Below, one piece after another: positions 1 through 9,163 of a DNA stretch of 39,839 nucleotides. A program made the position numbers and the translations under genes. The stretch is from Chloroflexota bacterium. Lineage in GTDB: Bacteria; Chloroflexota; Limnocylindria; Limnocylindrales; CSP1-4. The notes below the pieces were generated by a model. That model did not search any database and was not told where the DNA came from. It saw only the letters and a program-made list of their open reading frames with translations. Location of the stretch: the NCBI GenBank assembly GCA_046732155.1, contig JBKPMM010000183.1, positions 1 to 39,839 of the forward strand, in the 5' to 3' direction. Numbering within the stretch: the first letter of the stretch is position 1; every line of letters begins with the position of its first letter.

Positions 1-1
1 C

Positions 2-799
2 GACGGCCTCGACGACGATCGACCCATCGGCCGGATCCTGTCTCGCCGCGAGGTCCTGGCGCTGATCGGCATGAGCGGTACCGCCGCGTTCCTCGCGGCC
101 TGCACGCCCGGCGGCGGTTCGACGTCGGCGTCGGCTGCGACTTCGGCGGGCTCGAGCGCGAGTACGACAGCCGCCGCAACGGCCCTCGCGTCCGCCGCGA
201 TCGCGACCGCTCTGCCGTCGTGCGTCGTGGCCCCTGAGCTCACCGAAGGCCCGTATTACGTCGATGTCGAACTCGAGCGCTCCGATATCCGGACGAACAC
301 GGCGGACGGGGTCGCGTCCGAGGGAGCGCCGCTCACGATCGAATGGATCGTATCGCAGGCCGACGGTTCGGCATGCATGCCGATGGAGGGCGCGATCGTC
401 GACGTGTGGCACTGCGACGCGCTCGGCGTGTATTCCGACGTCCAGGGCAACACGCGGAACTTCCTGCGCGGCTTCCAGCGGACCGACGCGTCCGGGAAGG
501 CGACGTTCCAGACGATCTATCCGGGCTGGTATCAGGGCCGCGCGGTCCATATCCACTTCAAGATCCGGACAGACCCGAACGCGAGCGCCGGCTTCGAGTT
601 CACCTCACAGCTGTTCTTCGACGACGACCTCAGCCGATCCGTGTACTCCAGCGGGGTGTATGCGCAGAAGGGCGCGCAGGACGTGCCGAACGCGCAGGAC
701 GGCATCTTCAACCAGAGCGGCGGCGCGACGCTGCTCGCCGTGACGAAGGAGGGCGACGGCTACAAGGCCTCGTTCCCGATCGCGGTCCAGCTCACGTAG
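2..799 (+). CDS. Intradiol ring-cleavage dioxygenase family protein, Tat-signal lipoprotein (5' end outside window)
   Basis: The frame stays open upstream of the listed ATG 71 back to position 2. It reads ...GRILSRREVLALIGMSGTAAFLAAC, a twin-arginine-like n-region plus lipobox LAAC. The mature part carries GPYY and AVHIHFK motifs typical of protocatechuate/catechol intradiol dioxygenases (recalled, not searched). Stop TAG 797-799. Confidence 0.75.
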   Translation, partial: DGLDDDRPIGRILSRREVLALIGMSGTAAFLAACTPGGGSTSASAATSAGSSASTTAAATALASAAIATALPSCVVAPELTEGPYYVDVELERSDIRTNTADGVASEGAPLTIEWIVSQADGSACMPMEGAIVDVWHCDALGVYSDVQGNTRNFLRGFQRTDASGKATFQTIYPGWYQGRAVHIHFKIRTDPNASAGFEFTSQLFFDDDLSRSVYSSGVYAQKGAQDVPNAQDGIFNQSGGATLLAVTKEGDGYKASFPIAVQLT

Positions 800-808
800 T
801 GAACAGTT

Positions 809-828
809 GCGCGGCGCCTCGGCCGCGC
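809..828 (+). terminator. GC-rich hairpin 10 nt after the dioxygenase stop (stem gcgcggc/gccgcgc, 6-nt loop)
   Basis: Arms 809-815 and 822-828 are perfectly complementary. No T-tract follows, so it is not a canonical intrinsic terminator. Confidence 0.25.
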
Positions 829-1034
829 GGCTGGTCCGCCCGGGTCTGCCAGTCTCGTTTTGGCGCACAGGACGTGTCGGAGACCGTCCAGCGGTGTCGT
901 GTGGGTCTCACAGACCCGCGGGGCTCACTAAACGGCCCGTCAACGACGTACGACATCCGGAAACGGGAGTGTGGCGCTCGAGCGCCGACGCCCGGAGGCG
1001 TTCCGCTCCCCGACGACCGGACGCGGTCCGCTCG

Positions 1035-1163
1035 TTAGCGCTTCTGGCGCCTCCCGAGCACGCGCCACAGCCGCGACCCCGCGATGATCGCGCCGATGAT
1101 CGCCCCGATCGTCAGCCCCCTAAGGAAGTTCGCGGTCGTCGGGTCGTCGTCTCGGTCGCTCAT
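1035..1163 (-). CDS. 42-aa single-pass membrane mini-protein (below the ORF-track size cutoff)
   Basis: Hand translation gives [42 protein letters not shown], stop TAA 1035-1037. It has an acidic N-terminus, a GxxxG-type helix and a basic C-terminus. ATG 1163-1161 overlaps the upstream stop as ATGA (1160-1163). Confidence 0.5.
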   Translation of the reverse strand: MSDRDDDPTTANFLRGLTIGAIIGAIIAGSRLWRVLGRRQKR

Positions 1164-1441
1164 GTCGGTCGCCCCGGATTAGGGCCGAGGACGGCGATCA
1201 CCGACACGATGCCGATGCCGAGCCACGCGACGATCGACGCACCGAGCAGGTGGTAGTCACCGAGCGTCAGCACGGCGATCCCCAACCGGCTGAAGATCGC
1301 GTCCCCGGCCCACGCGCCGAGGATCGCAGCCGCGACGATCAGCGGGAGTCGGCCGCCGGCCGAGCCACGGATCGCGACGGACAACGCTGCGTGGAATACA
1401 CCGACCAACACCGACAGGACCAGCGACGGCTCGATATTCAC
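1160..1441 (-). CDS. 93-aa hydrophobic membrane protein (about 3 TM), unknown function
   Basis: GTG 1441-1439 overlaps the mnmA stop as GTGA (1438-1441). The product starts [20 protein letters not shown] and is strongly hydrophobic. The listed longer ORF (to 1588) lies inside mnmA and is Arg/Gly-rich, which looks like noise. Confidence 0.6.
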   Translation of the reverse strand: MNIEPSLVLSVLVGVFHAALSVAIRGSAGGRLPLIVAAAILGAWAGDAIFSRLGIAVLTLGDYHLLGASIVAWLGIGIVSVIAVLGPNPGRPT

Positions 1442-2556
1442 GCGCTGAGCAGCGCGGCCTCGGGTCCAACGGCACGCTCGGCGGGCACCGCGATCCGACC
1501 ACCACCGAGGACCTCGTCGCTGTCGTAGAGGACCGCGGCCTGACCAGGCGCCGCCGCCCAGACCGGGACGTCGGTCGTGACCTGCCATCGTCGGTCACCG
1601 AGCGACGCGACGGTTGCGGGGATCGGGGCAGCCCGGTGGCGGATGCGCACCGATGCGCGGAACGGTGAACCCGGCACGACCGGGGCGATGAACGACGCAC
1701 GCTCGATCGTCAGCTGGGTCGTCTCGAGATCCTCGCGGCGGCCAAGCTGGATGGTGTTCGACACAGGATCGATCCGCGAGACGTAGCGGGGAGCGCCGAG
1801 GGCCACCCCGAGCCCCTGGCGCTGCCCGATGGTGTACGCGGCCGTGCCCGCATGCTCCCCTACCCTCGAGCCGTCGACGTCGAACAGCGGACCCGGGATC
1901 GGCTCCCAGCCCGCGCGGGTTCGCAGCGCATCGCGGTAGTCGCCGCCGGGCACGAAGCAGATCTCCTGGCTCTCGGGCTTATCGGCCGTCACGAGATCCA
2001 GCGAACGGGCGACTGCGCGAACCTCGGGCTTCGTCAGCTCGCCGAGCGGGAACCGCGCGTGTTCGAGCTGGTCGCCGCGCAACCCGTACAGGAAGTAGGT
2101 CTGATCTTTGTCCTCGTCGCGGGCGCGATACAGCCGGGCACGGCCGTCGTCGCCCACCAGGCGACGCGCGTAATGACCGGTCGCGACCGCGTCGCACTCG
2201 TAGAGATGACGCGCTCGGCCGAGCAGCGCCCCGAACTTCACATACGTGTTGCAGTCGACGCATGGGCTCGGCGTCCGACCGTCCAGATACGCGTCGAGGA
2301 AAGGCTGGAGGACACCCGCGTCGAACTCGCGCTCGAGGTTCATGACGTAGAACGGGATGCCGAGCTGAGCGGCGACCCGCCGCGCGTCATCGGCCGCGTC
2401 GAGCGAGCAGCAACTCTTCTTGAACTCCGAATACGTGTCGGCGACATCGTGGAGGCGCATCCAGACGCCGACCACGTCGTGTCCCTGCTGGTGCAGGATC
2501 GCAGCAGCGACCGACGAGTCGACGCCGCCCGACATCGCGACGAGGATCCGGCTCAC
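1438..2556 (-). CDS. mnmA: tRNA-specific 2-thiouridylase MnmA
   Basis: N-terminal PP-loop [13 protein letters not shown], the [14 protein letters not shown] region, and a full-length match to the MnmA pattern. GTG start 2556 overlaps the upstream stop (GTGA). Confidence 0.95.
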   Translation of the reverse strand: MSRILVAMSGGVDSSVAAAILHQQGHDVVGVWMRLHDVADTYSEFKKSCCSLDAADDARRVAAQLGIPFYVMNLEREFDAGVLQPFLDAYLDGRTPSPCVDCNTYVKFGALLGRARHLYECDAVATGHYARRLVGDDGRARLYRARDEDKDQTYFLYGLRGDQLEHARFPLGELTKPEVRAVARSLDLVTADKPESQEICFVPGGDYRDALRTRAGWEPIPGPLFDVDGSRVGEHAGTAAYTIGQRQGLGVALGAPRYVSRIDPVSNTIQLGRREDLETTQLTIERASFIAPVVPGSPFRASVRIRHRAAPIPATVASLGDRRWQVTTDVPVWAAAPGQAAVLYDSDEVLGGGRIAVPAERAVGPEAALLSA

Positions 2557-3737
2557 GCCGTGACTCCCTGCCCGAGCGGATCCCGAGCGACCGTGGCGGC
2601 TCCCGTCCGCATCGAGGCGATGACCCGCGGGACGACCTCAGCCGCTGTCGCGACGTCGTCGTCGGTGGTCGTCCGACCGAGTGACAACCGCAACGCACCG
2701 CGCGCCTCATCCTCCGGGTAGCCCATCGCCGAGAGGACGTGGCTCACCTCGGTCGACCCGGTCGTGCATGCCGACCCGACGGACGTCGCGATCCCTTCGA
2801 GGTCGAGCGAGAGGCTGACCGCGGACCCATCCGTGCCGCGTGCGATGATCGAGAGCAGGCCCGGCAGCCGATCGGTCGGGTGGCCGGTCAGCTCGGTATC
2901 GGGCACCTCGAGGACCGCATCCGCGAGCCGGTCGCGCGACGCCCGCAAGCGCTCGACGGTCCGTGCGCGCTCGGCGACGCACAGCTCATATGCCTTCGAG
3001 AGTCCGACCGCGCCGGCGACGTTCTCGGTCCCGGCCCGGCGATGACGCTCCTGCTCTCCGCCGTGCTGCTGCGACAGGATGTGCGTGCCGTGCTTGACGT
3101 ACAGGGCGCCGATCCCCTTGGGCCCTTCGAACTTGTGGCCGCTGATCGAGACGAGATCGACACCGAGCTCGCGCAGGCGCAGGTCGACGTATGGTGCCGC
3201 CTGGATGGCGTCGACATGGAGAAGGATGCCCTTCCGGCCGCGCACCTTCTCGGCGATCTCGGCGATGGGCTGGATCGTGCCGACCTCGTTGTTGGCCAGC
3301 ATGATCGACACGAGGATCGTCCGGTCCGTCAGGGCGGCGTCGAGCTCGTCCGGGTCGACCCGGCCGTAGCGATCGACCGGCAGCTCGACGATCTCGAACC
3401 CGAACTTCTCGAGGTAGCGGAGCGCGTGGCCGACGGCGTGATGCTCGACCGACGACGTCACGATCCTGTGGCCGCGCGCCTTGCCGGCCCACGCGGCGCC
3501 CTTCAGGGCGAGGTTGTTCGCCTCTGTCCCACCGGAGGTGAAGACGACTTCGCGCGCCTCGACGCCGAGATCCGTTGCCAGTCGGTCGTGAGCATCGTCG
3601 AGCGCGGCACGAGCCACGCGCCCGAACGCGTGCGCTGACGACGGGTTCCCGAAAGACTCCGTGAGGAACGGCAGCATCGCGTCGACGACCTCGCGGCGGA
3701 CGGGGGTCGTCGCCGCGTGATCGAGGTAGATCGGCAT
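2553..3737 (-). CDS. Cysteine desulfurase (NifS/IscS class), likely the sulfur donor for MnmA
   Basis: [10 protein letters not shown] start, SGGTEANN, the PLP-lysine region [17 protein letters not shown] and the active-site loop [11 protein letters not shown] desulfurase adjacent to mnmA mirrors the Bacillus yrvO-mnmA arrangement. Confidence 0.92.
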   Translation of the reverse strand: MPIYLDHAATTPVRREVVDAMLPFLTESFGNPSSAHAFGRVARAALDDAHDRLATDLGVEAREVVFTSGGTEANNLALKGAAWAGKARGHRIVTSSVEHHAVGHALRYLEKFGFEIVELPVDRYGRVDPDELDAALTDRTILVSIMLANNEVGTIQPIAEIAEKVRGRKGILLHVDAIQAAPYVDLRLRELGVDLVSISGHKFEGPKGIGALYVKHGTHILSQQHGGEQERHRRAGTENVAGAVGLSKAYELCVAERARTVERLRASRDRLADAVLEVPDTELTGHPTDRLPGLLSIIARGTDGSAVSLSLDLEGIATSVGSACTTGSTEVSHVLSAMGYPEDEARGALRLSLGRTTTDDDVATAAEVVPRVIASMRTGAATVARDPLGQGVTA

Positions 3738-3745
3738 CGCGCCCG

Positions 3746-3751
3746 ATCGTA
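3746..3751 (-). promoter_or_regulatory. -10-like TACGAT (preceded by GTG), 8 nt upstream of the desulfurase ATG 3737; leaderless-type geometry
   Basis: The reverse strand reads ggtgTACGATcgggcgcgATG. There is no Shine-Dalgarno sequence in the gap. Confidence 0.4.
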
Positions 3752-3763
3752 CACCGCTCGTCG

Positions 3764-3792
3764 CCGCCCCTCCGTGGAGGGGTCGGGGGCGG
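3764..3792 (-). terminator. GC-rich hairpin between the GSDH-like gene stop and the desulfurase promoter
   Basis: ccgcccc (3764-3770) pairs with ggggcgg (3786-3792), with an inner cccctc/gagggg alternative. No U-tract. Confidence 0.3.
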
Positions 3793-3815
3793 GGCGACCT
3801 CCGCGCGGCGGGTCG

Positions 3816-4997
3816 CTATGTGGTCGTCGCGGTCACCTGGTACAGCCGCCCGTTGATCGTCACGGCGTAGAGCTCGCCGGCCTCGCTCTCACCGAAGGAC
3901 GTGACGTTGAGGATCGTGTCGCGACGCATCCACAGACTCGCGCCCTCGGCCGGCATCGTGTAGAACCGCCCGCTGCAGAAGTCGGCGAAGACGTAGAGTC
4001 CCGCGAGCGCCGGATAGGCCGATCCGCGGTAGACGTAGCCGCCCGTGATGGAGCAGTTGCCGCCGGTGTGGCCGTACTCCGCGACCGGGAGCGTCTTGCC
4101 CGACGTGCTGCAGCTGGTCGCGTTGTAGCAGTGCTTGCCCTCCATCACATTCCAGCCGTAATTCCGCCCGCCGTGGTAGGCCGGAGGCTCGCGGTCGATC
4201 TCCTCGTACCGGCTCTGGCCCACATCCGCGATGAACAGCGAGCCGGTCGCCCGGTCGAATGAGATCCGCCATGGGTTGCGCAGGCCATACGCCCAGATCT
4301 CGTCGAGACCTGGAGTCGCGCCGCGGAACGGGTTGGTGGTCGGGATCGCGTAGCGGCGATAGGGGCCCGAGCCGCTGCCGCCCGGGTTGATCCGCAGGAT
4401 CTTGCCGAGGAGGTTCTTGGTCTTGCTCTGGGCGTTGTGCCCGGGATCGCCGGCGCCGCCGCCATCACCCGTCGAGATGTACAGGTATCCGTCGGGGCCG
4501 AACGCCATCCCGCCGCCATTGTGGTTCGAGTGGGCGCTGTGCTCGATGACCAGCATCGGCTCGAGCGTCGAGCGCGACGTCCAGCTACCGGACGCGTTCG
4601 CGCGCAGCCGCGCGACGACGATGTCGCCGCCCGTCCGCGTGTAGTAGACGTACAACCGGCGGTTCAGCTCGAACTGGGGATGGAATACGAGCCCCAGGAG
4701 GCCGCGCTCGCCGGACGAGTCGCCGATCAGCCTTCGTAGGTCGAGGAACGTGCCGGCATTGAGAGCACCGTTCTGGTAGACGCGCACGACGCCCCGCTTC
4801 TCCACGAGGAACAGCCGGTTCGACCCGTCCCCGGCGTTCGTGACCTGGGTGAGCGCCTGGAGGCCGCTCGCGCGGAGCGGGAGCCCGATCGTCGTGGCTC
4901 CACGGGCGACGCTGGCGGGCACGATCGTCATCAGGAGGAGGGCGGTCAGGCCGGCGAGGGCCGCCAGCCGCGCGTGGCGCGGTCGATGATGGGTCAT
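3816..4997 (-). CDS. PQQ-dependent sugar (glucose/sorbosone) dehydrogenase family beta-propeller, secreted
   Basis: Signal peptide MTHHRPRHARLAALAGLTALLLMTIVPASVARG. Motifs HNGGGMAFGPDGYLYISTGDGGGAGDP, AYGLRNPWR and GRNYGWN are typical of soluble GSDH-family enzymes. Confidence 0.85.
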   Translation of the reverse strand: MTHHRPRHARLAALAGLTALLLMTIVPASVARGATTIGLPLRASGLQALTQVTNAGDGSNRLFLVEKRGVVRVYQNGALNAGTFLDLRRLIGDSSGERGLLGLVFHPQFELNRRLYVYYTRTGGDIVVARLRANASGSWTSRSTLEPMLVIEHSAHSNHNGGGMAFGPDGYLYISTGDGGGAGDPGHNAQSKTKNLLGKILRINPGGSGSGPYRRYAIPTTNPFRGATPGLDEIWAYGLRNPWRISFDRATGSLFIADVGQSRYEEIDREPPAYHGGRNYGWNVMEGKHCYNATSCSTSGKTLPVAEYGHTGGNCSITGGYVYRGSAYPALAGLYVFADFCSGRFYTMPAEGASLWMRRDTILNVTSFGESEAGELYAVTINGRLYQVTATTT

Positions 4998-5003
4998 GCC
5001 GTC

Positions 5004-5009
5004 ACCCTA
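5004..5009 (-). promoter_or_regulatory. -10-like TAGGGT (preceded by GTG), 6 nt upstream of ATG 4997
   Basis: The reverse strand reads cggtgTAGGGTgacggcATG. Confidence 0.4.
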
Positions 5010-5067
5010 CACCGCGGTCGAGGCCGTTCGCCACCAGACATCGGTCGGCCCGGGATAAGGAACGAGA

Positions 5068-6330
5068 TCAGTCTGATCCGAACGCGCGATGCAGGATCCG
5101 CGCCATCTCGCCGCGGTTCACCGTCCGCGTCGGACAGAACAGGCCAACCCCGCATCGGTCGATGAGGGCCGCGTCCGCAACGGCGTTGATGGACGCCTCG
5201 GCGCCGATCCCGTCATCGTCCGTGTAGTGATCGGTCGCGCTCGGAGGCAGCTCCAACGCGTGGGCCAGGATCACCGCCAGGAACTGCCGCGTCACCATCG
5301 CGGACGGACAGAACCGGCGCGTCCCACACCCGTTCATGATCTCGGCGGCGGCGACCCTGTCGTGGTAGGTCTCGAAGCGTGACCCCTCGTCGTCATCGAA
5401 GAAGTCCCGTGTCGTCGCCGGCAACCGCATCAGTCGCGAGAGGAACACCGCCAGCTCATCGCGGTGCGTGACGTTGTACGTGCAGAAAAGCAATGGGTCG
5501 CAGCCCGCGGCCATGCCGACGCTCAGGCCCCACGCGGCGTCGACGGCGAAGGGCGTCGAGCCGTAATCGTTGACGCAGGTCGAGCCTCGACTCAGTACCC
5601 GCGCCGTGCTGCCGCTGATCGACAACCGTACGTACGCGCAGTCGTTCGACTCGCTCGACTCGGTGAACAGTCGCCAGAGGTCGACGGCGTAGCGCAGCGT
5701 GTATATGCCCGACGGCAGCCCGGTGATATCGATCCATTGGTAGGCGAAGTTCCACGGGTACTTGTCGCCCCAGCCGACGGAGATGCCGGTGCGCGTCGAG
5801 GTCGATGACCGTGTCCCGCAGCCTGATTCCGCGTAATGGGGGGTCTCGGGTGCGCGCGGCAGCGAGAGGAATCGCGGCGTGGTGTCGAAGAAGCAGAAGC
5901 CGATCTTGCTATCGCGGAGGGTGCCCCGCGTCGACCAGAGGTGGTAGTTCGCCATCCGCTTGACGTGGTAGTGGTCGTGCCCGTCACCGGCGTACACGAG
6001 CTGCGCTCCCGTATGGACGCGACGCACCGTGCCGTCGCTGCGGTAGACGACCTGATCGACGGCGAACGGCTGACTCGTGGTGGACCGACGGCCGCGCACC
6101 TCGAACGGCCCGGCGCCGTAGTTGAGGATGATCGTCGTAAACCGGAGCACCTTGCGGCCGCTCGAGGTCCGGACGACCCGCAGGTCGGCGATGCGGTCCG
6201 CCCGGAGGTCCGGTAGCAGATCGGAAGCGGCCGCGACCTGTGCGGGTGGTGCGACGAGCACGAGCGTTCCGGCCAGCCCGATGAGGACGCAGATGCGGCG
6301 AAGGATCGGGTAGCGGCCCCGGCGACGCAT
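5068..6330 (-). CDS. Secreted lysyl-oxidase-like (LOX catalytic domain) protein with three C-terminal SLH-like repeats
   Basis: Signal peptide. HDHYH (5965-5979) matches the animal LOX copper site HxHxH. SKIGFCFFDT resembles HKASFCLEDT, and GWGDKYPWNFAYQWIDITGLPSGIYTL resembles [27 protein letters not shown]. The C-terminal 170 aa hold three repeats of the form ...GC(x4-5)FCP(x3)VTR(x3)A(x2)L... Confidence 0.85.
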   Translation of the reverse strand: MRRRGRYPILRRICVLIGLAGTLVLVAPPAQVAAASDLLPDLRADRIADLRVVRTSSGRKVLRFTTIILNYGAGPFEVRGRRSTTSQPFAVDQVVYRSDGTVRRVHTGAQLVYAGDGHDHYHVKRMANYHLWSTRGTLRDSKIGFCFFDTTPRFLSLPRAPETPHYAESGCGTRSSTSTRTGISVGWGDKYPWNFAYQWIDITGLPSGIYTLRYAVDLWRLFTESSESNDCAYVRLSISGSTARVLSRGSTCVNDYGSTPFAVDAAWGLSVGMAAGCDPLLFCTYNVTHRDELAVFLSRLMRLPATTRDFFDDDEGSRFETYHDRVAAAEIMNGCGTRRFCPSAMVTRQFLAVILAHALELPPSATDHYTDDDGIGAEASINAVADAALIDRCGVGLFCPTRTVNRGEMARILHRAFGSD

Positions 6331-6337
6331 GCCGCGG

Positions 6338-6343
6338 ACCTTA
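6338..6343 (-). promoter_or_regulatory. -10-like TAAGGT (preceded by GTG), 7 nt upstream of the LOX ATG 6330, directly after the typA stop
   Basis: The reverse strand reads TGAccgtcgacgtgTAAGGTccgcggcATG. Confidence 0.4.
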
Positions 6344-6354
6344 CACGTCGACGG

Positions 6355-8253
6355 TCAGCCGACAGCGGACGGTTCTGTGGCCCGGCGCAGGTCCTCGGCA
6401 CGGCCAGCCTCTCGCCGCCGGTCGTGCTGCGAAAGCAACCGTTTCCGGAGCCTGATCGACTCAGGCGTGACCTCGACGAGCTCGTCCGCCGCGATGAACT
6501 CGAGCGCCGATTCGAGCGTGAGCGGGCGCGGCGGGGTCAGCCGCAGCGCTTCATCGTGCGCGTGGGTGCGGATGTTGGTGAGCTTCTTCTCCTTGGTCGG
6601 GTTCACGTCCATGTCCCCCGACCGGCTGTTCTCACCGACGATCATCCCTTCGTACACCTCGATGCCCGCCCCGATGAACAGCTCCGCGCGCTCCTGGAGG
6701 TTGAACAGCGCGTAGGCGTTGCTCGTTCCCGAGCGGTCCGCGACGAGGACACCACTGGTGCGATGCGTTACGTCTCCCGCCCACGGCCCGTACCCCTCGC
6801 CGATCTGGTGCAGCAGCGCCGTCCCCCGGGTATCCGTGAGGAGCTGCCCCCGGTAGCCGATGAGGCCACGTACCGGAAGCACGTATTCCATCCGGACGCG
6901 ACCGTCCGCGTCCGTCGTCATCTGCTCCAGGCGCCCCTTGCGGCCGGCCATGGCTCCCTGCACCTCGCCGATGTAGTCGGGCGGGATGTCGATCGTGATG
7001 CGCTCGTACGGCTCGTGGGTTTCGCTATCGACCGTGCGGAGCAGCACTTCGGGGCGTGACACGGTGAGCTCGTAGCCCTCGCGACGCATCTGCTCGATCA
7101 GCACCGCGAGCTGGAGCTCGCCGCGGCCGCGGACTTCGAAGGCGTCGGTGCCCTCGGCGGGTCGTACTTCGATCGAGACGTTGCCGAGGACCTCCTTGTC
7201 GAGCCGAGCCTTGATCTGGCGGCTGGTCACGTAGCGTCCCTCGCGACCCGCGAGCGGCGAGGTGTTGACGCCGAATGTCATCCGAAGCGTCGGGGCGTCG
7301 ACATCGAGCCTCGGCAATGGGCTCGGAGCGTCGGGATCCGTGAGGGTGTCGCCGATCGTGACGTCGGGGAGGCCGGCGACGCTGACGATGTCGCCCGGAC
7401 CCGCGTCCGGGATGTCGACGCGATCGATGCCATGCGCGGTCTGGAGCGTCGTCACGGTCCCGCTGAGCGTCACGGTGCGACCCGGCTCGACCGCGCCGGA
7501 GGTGTCGTCTGCCTCGTCACGGACGACCGTGATGCGTTGCCCGACGCGGATCGTGCCGTTCCACACCCGCCCGACGGCCATCCGCCCCACGTATTCATTC
7601 GCCGACAGGTTCGTGACGAGCAACTGGAGCGGATGATCGGGCGTGTACGTCGGAGCGGGCGTCACGTCGACGAGGAGGTCGAGGAGCGGTCGAAGGTCCT
7701 CGCCCGGGTCATCGAGTGATGTGGTTGCCGTCCCGGCCTTCGCGTTGGTGAAGACGACCGGGAAGTCGATCTGCGCGTCGGTCGCCCCGAGATCGATGAA
7801 CAGCTCGTAGATCGCGTCGAGGACCTCCGCCGGGCGCGCGTCCGAGCGGTCGATCTTGTTGAGCGCGACGACGACCGGCAGATGGCGGGCCATCGCCTTC
7901 TGCAACACGTAGCGGGTCTGCGGCAGCGGTCCCTCGGCGGCGTCGACGAGGAGCAGCACGGAGTCCACCATCAGCAGCGAGCGTTCGACCTCGCCGCCGA
8001 AATCGGCGTGCCCCGGCGTATCGACGATATTGAGCCGCACGTCGCCGTAATCCACGGTCGTCTGCTTCGCCAGGATCGTGATGCCCTTCTCGCGTTCGAG
8101 GTCCATCGAGTCCATCACGCGGTCGACCACCGTCTGGTTGGTGCGGAAGGCGCCGGTCTGGCGGAGCATGGCGTCGACGAGCGTCGTCTTGCCGTGATCG
8201 ACATGGGCGACGATCGCGACGTTGCGGATGTCGTCGCGGGTGCGGGTGGGCAT
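6355..8253 (-). CDS. typA: Translational GTPase TypA/BipA
   Basis: [22 protein letters not shown] (G1), [14 protein letters not shown] (G3), NKIDR (G4), and EF-G-like domains throughout. I prefer ATG 8253 ([11 protein letters not shown]...) over the listed GTG 8271. No clear SD or -10 box sits at either. Confidence 0.92.
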   Translation of the reverse strand: MPTRTRDDIRNVAIVAHVDHGKTTLVDAMLRQTGAFRTNQTVVDRVMDSMDLEREKGITILAKQTTVDYGDVRLNIVDTPGHADFGGEVERSLLMVDSVLLLVDAAEGPLPQTRYVLQKAMARHLPVVVALNKIDRSDARPAEVLDAIYELFIDLGATDAQIDFPVVFTNAKAGTATTSLDDPGEDLRPLLDLLVDVTPAPTYTPDHPLQLLVTNLSANEYVGRMAVGRVWNGTIRVGQRITVVRDEADDTSGAVEPGRTVTLSGTVTTLQTAHGIDRVDIPDAGPGDIVSVAGLPDVTIGDTLTDPDAPSPLPRLDVDAPTLRMTFGVNTSPLAGREGRYVTSRQIKARLDKEVLGNVSIEVRPAEGTDAFEVRGRGELQLAVLIEQMRREGYELTVSRPEVLLRTVDSETHEPYERITIDIPPDYIGEVQGAMAGRKGRLEQMTTDADGRVRMEYVLPVRGLIGYRGQLLTDTRGTALLHQIGEGYGPWAGDVTHRTSGVLVADRSGTSNAYALFNLQERAELFIGAGIEVYEGMIVGENSRSGDMDVNPTKEKKLTNIRTHAHDEALRLTPPRPLTLESALEFIAADELVEVTPESIRLRKRLLSQHDRRREAGRAEDLRRATEPSAVG

Positions 8254-8344
8254 GGCGACGGAGTGTCGCACACAGTCGGTCGTGGGCGCCGCGGCCCCGA
8301 TGCAGCGGTTGTGCGCCGCATCGAGATACCGCGAGGCTGACGAC

Positions 8345-8353
8345 TGCTAGCAT
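8345..8353 (+). promoter_or_regulatory. Extended -10 TGCTAGCAT, 7 nt upstream of GTG 8361; leaderless-type
   Basis: The sequence reads gacTGCTAGCATcgagtccGTG. This is the same architecture as at rel and topA. Confidence 0.45.
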
Positions 8354-8360
8354 CGAGTCC

Positions 8361-9083
8361 GTGACCGTCGCCGCCGTGATCCTGTCCGCGACCACCGAGG
8401 CCGCCCTCGCCGACACGCTCGGCCAGCCTCGTGTCCGGCGGCTGGTGGATATCGCGTGGTCGGGTGGCGCGTTGCCTGTGGTCGTCGTTGCGCCGGACCC
8501 TGATGGCGCGGTCGCCGCGAGCCTTGTCGGCAGCGAGGCTGTCTACGGCACGCCTGCCCCGCCCGAAGCGGGCCCGGCGGGTCAGATGGTGCGTGGCGCG
8601 GAGGTGGCACGAGCCGAGGTCAGCGACATCAGCGCTGTGCTGCTGTGGCCCGGGCGGATGACCTGGGTCGGGCCGGAGACCGTCACGTCGCTCATCGAGG
8701 CGCACGGCATGTCGCCCGGATCCATGCTGCGACCGGGCTGGCAGGGCGAGGTCGGCTGGCCGGTGCTCCTGCCGCTCAGTGCGCTCGATCATCTGCGAGC
8801 CGTCGCCCCCGAACGGATGCCGGACGATGTCGTCCGCGAGGTGTCGAGCTACGTCGCGACCCAGGTCGTCGACGTCGGCGATCCCGGCGTCCATTTCGAC
8901 GCCGACACGCCCATCGGTGAACTGCCGCCGTACGAGGGGCCACCCGAGCCGCCAGGCGGACACCGGCACGAGTGGGGCGACGCAGTGGACGAGCGCGGCG
9001 TCGACGAGGACGTCCCGGGCGAAGGTCGGGGCCTCGCGCCGTACCCGCAGGCCGAGGATGACGCCGCAGTCGACCTCGACTGA
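8361..9083 (+). CDS. MobA-like nucleotidyltransferase-fold protein with a degenerate active site
   Basis: The overall pattern AAVILSA...PVVVV...AVLLWPGRMTWVGPETVTSLI...GWPVLLP parallels MobA/MocA-type NTP transferases. The Gly-rich LAGGxSxRMG loop and the D-x-P motif are replaced. The acidic C-terminal tail is unrelated to that fold. Confidence 0.5.
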   Translation: MTVAAVILSATTEAALADTLGQPRVRRLVDIAWSGGALPVVVVAPDPDGAVAASLVGSEAVYGTPAPPEAGPAGQMVRGAEVARAEVSDISAVLLWPGRMTWVGPETVTSLIEAHGMSPGSMLRPGWQGEVGWPVLLPLSALDHLRAVAPERMPDDVVREVSSYVATQVVDVGDPGVHFDADTPIGELPPYEGPPEPPGGHRHEWGDAVDERGVDEDVPGEGRGLAPYPQAEDDAAVDLD

Positions 9084-9163
9084 AGGCTGACCTGAGCCCT
9101 TCGCGGCGCCGACGCGTCGCCGTCGGTTGTCTCACCGCGGTCGTCGTCGTCGCCGCCGTCGCC

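Noticed and set aside
6331-6354. AAGG upstream of the LOX ATG read as a Shine-Dalgarno sequence
   Set aside because: The spacing and the context gtgTAAGGT-N7-ATG match the -10/leaderless pattern seen at about ten other genes better than an SD. I kept it as a promoter call instead.
8272-8344. Leaderless-type -10 box for typA
   Set aside because: No TAnnnT hexamer lies at 6-9 nt from either ATG 8253 or GTG 8271. The nearest candidate, TATCTC, ends in C and lies about 65 nt upstream. typA probably has a conventional leader, so no promoter was called.
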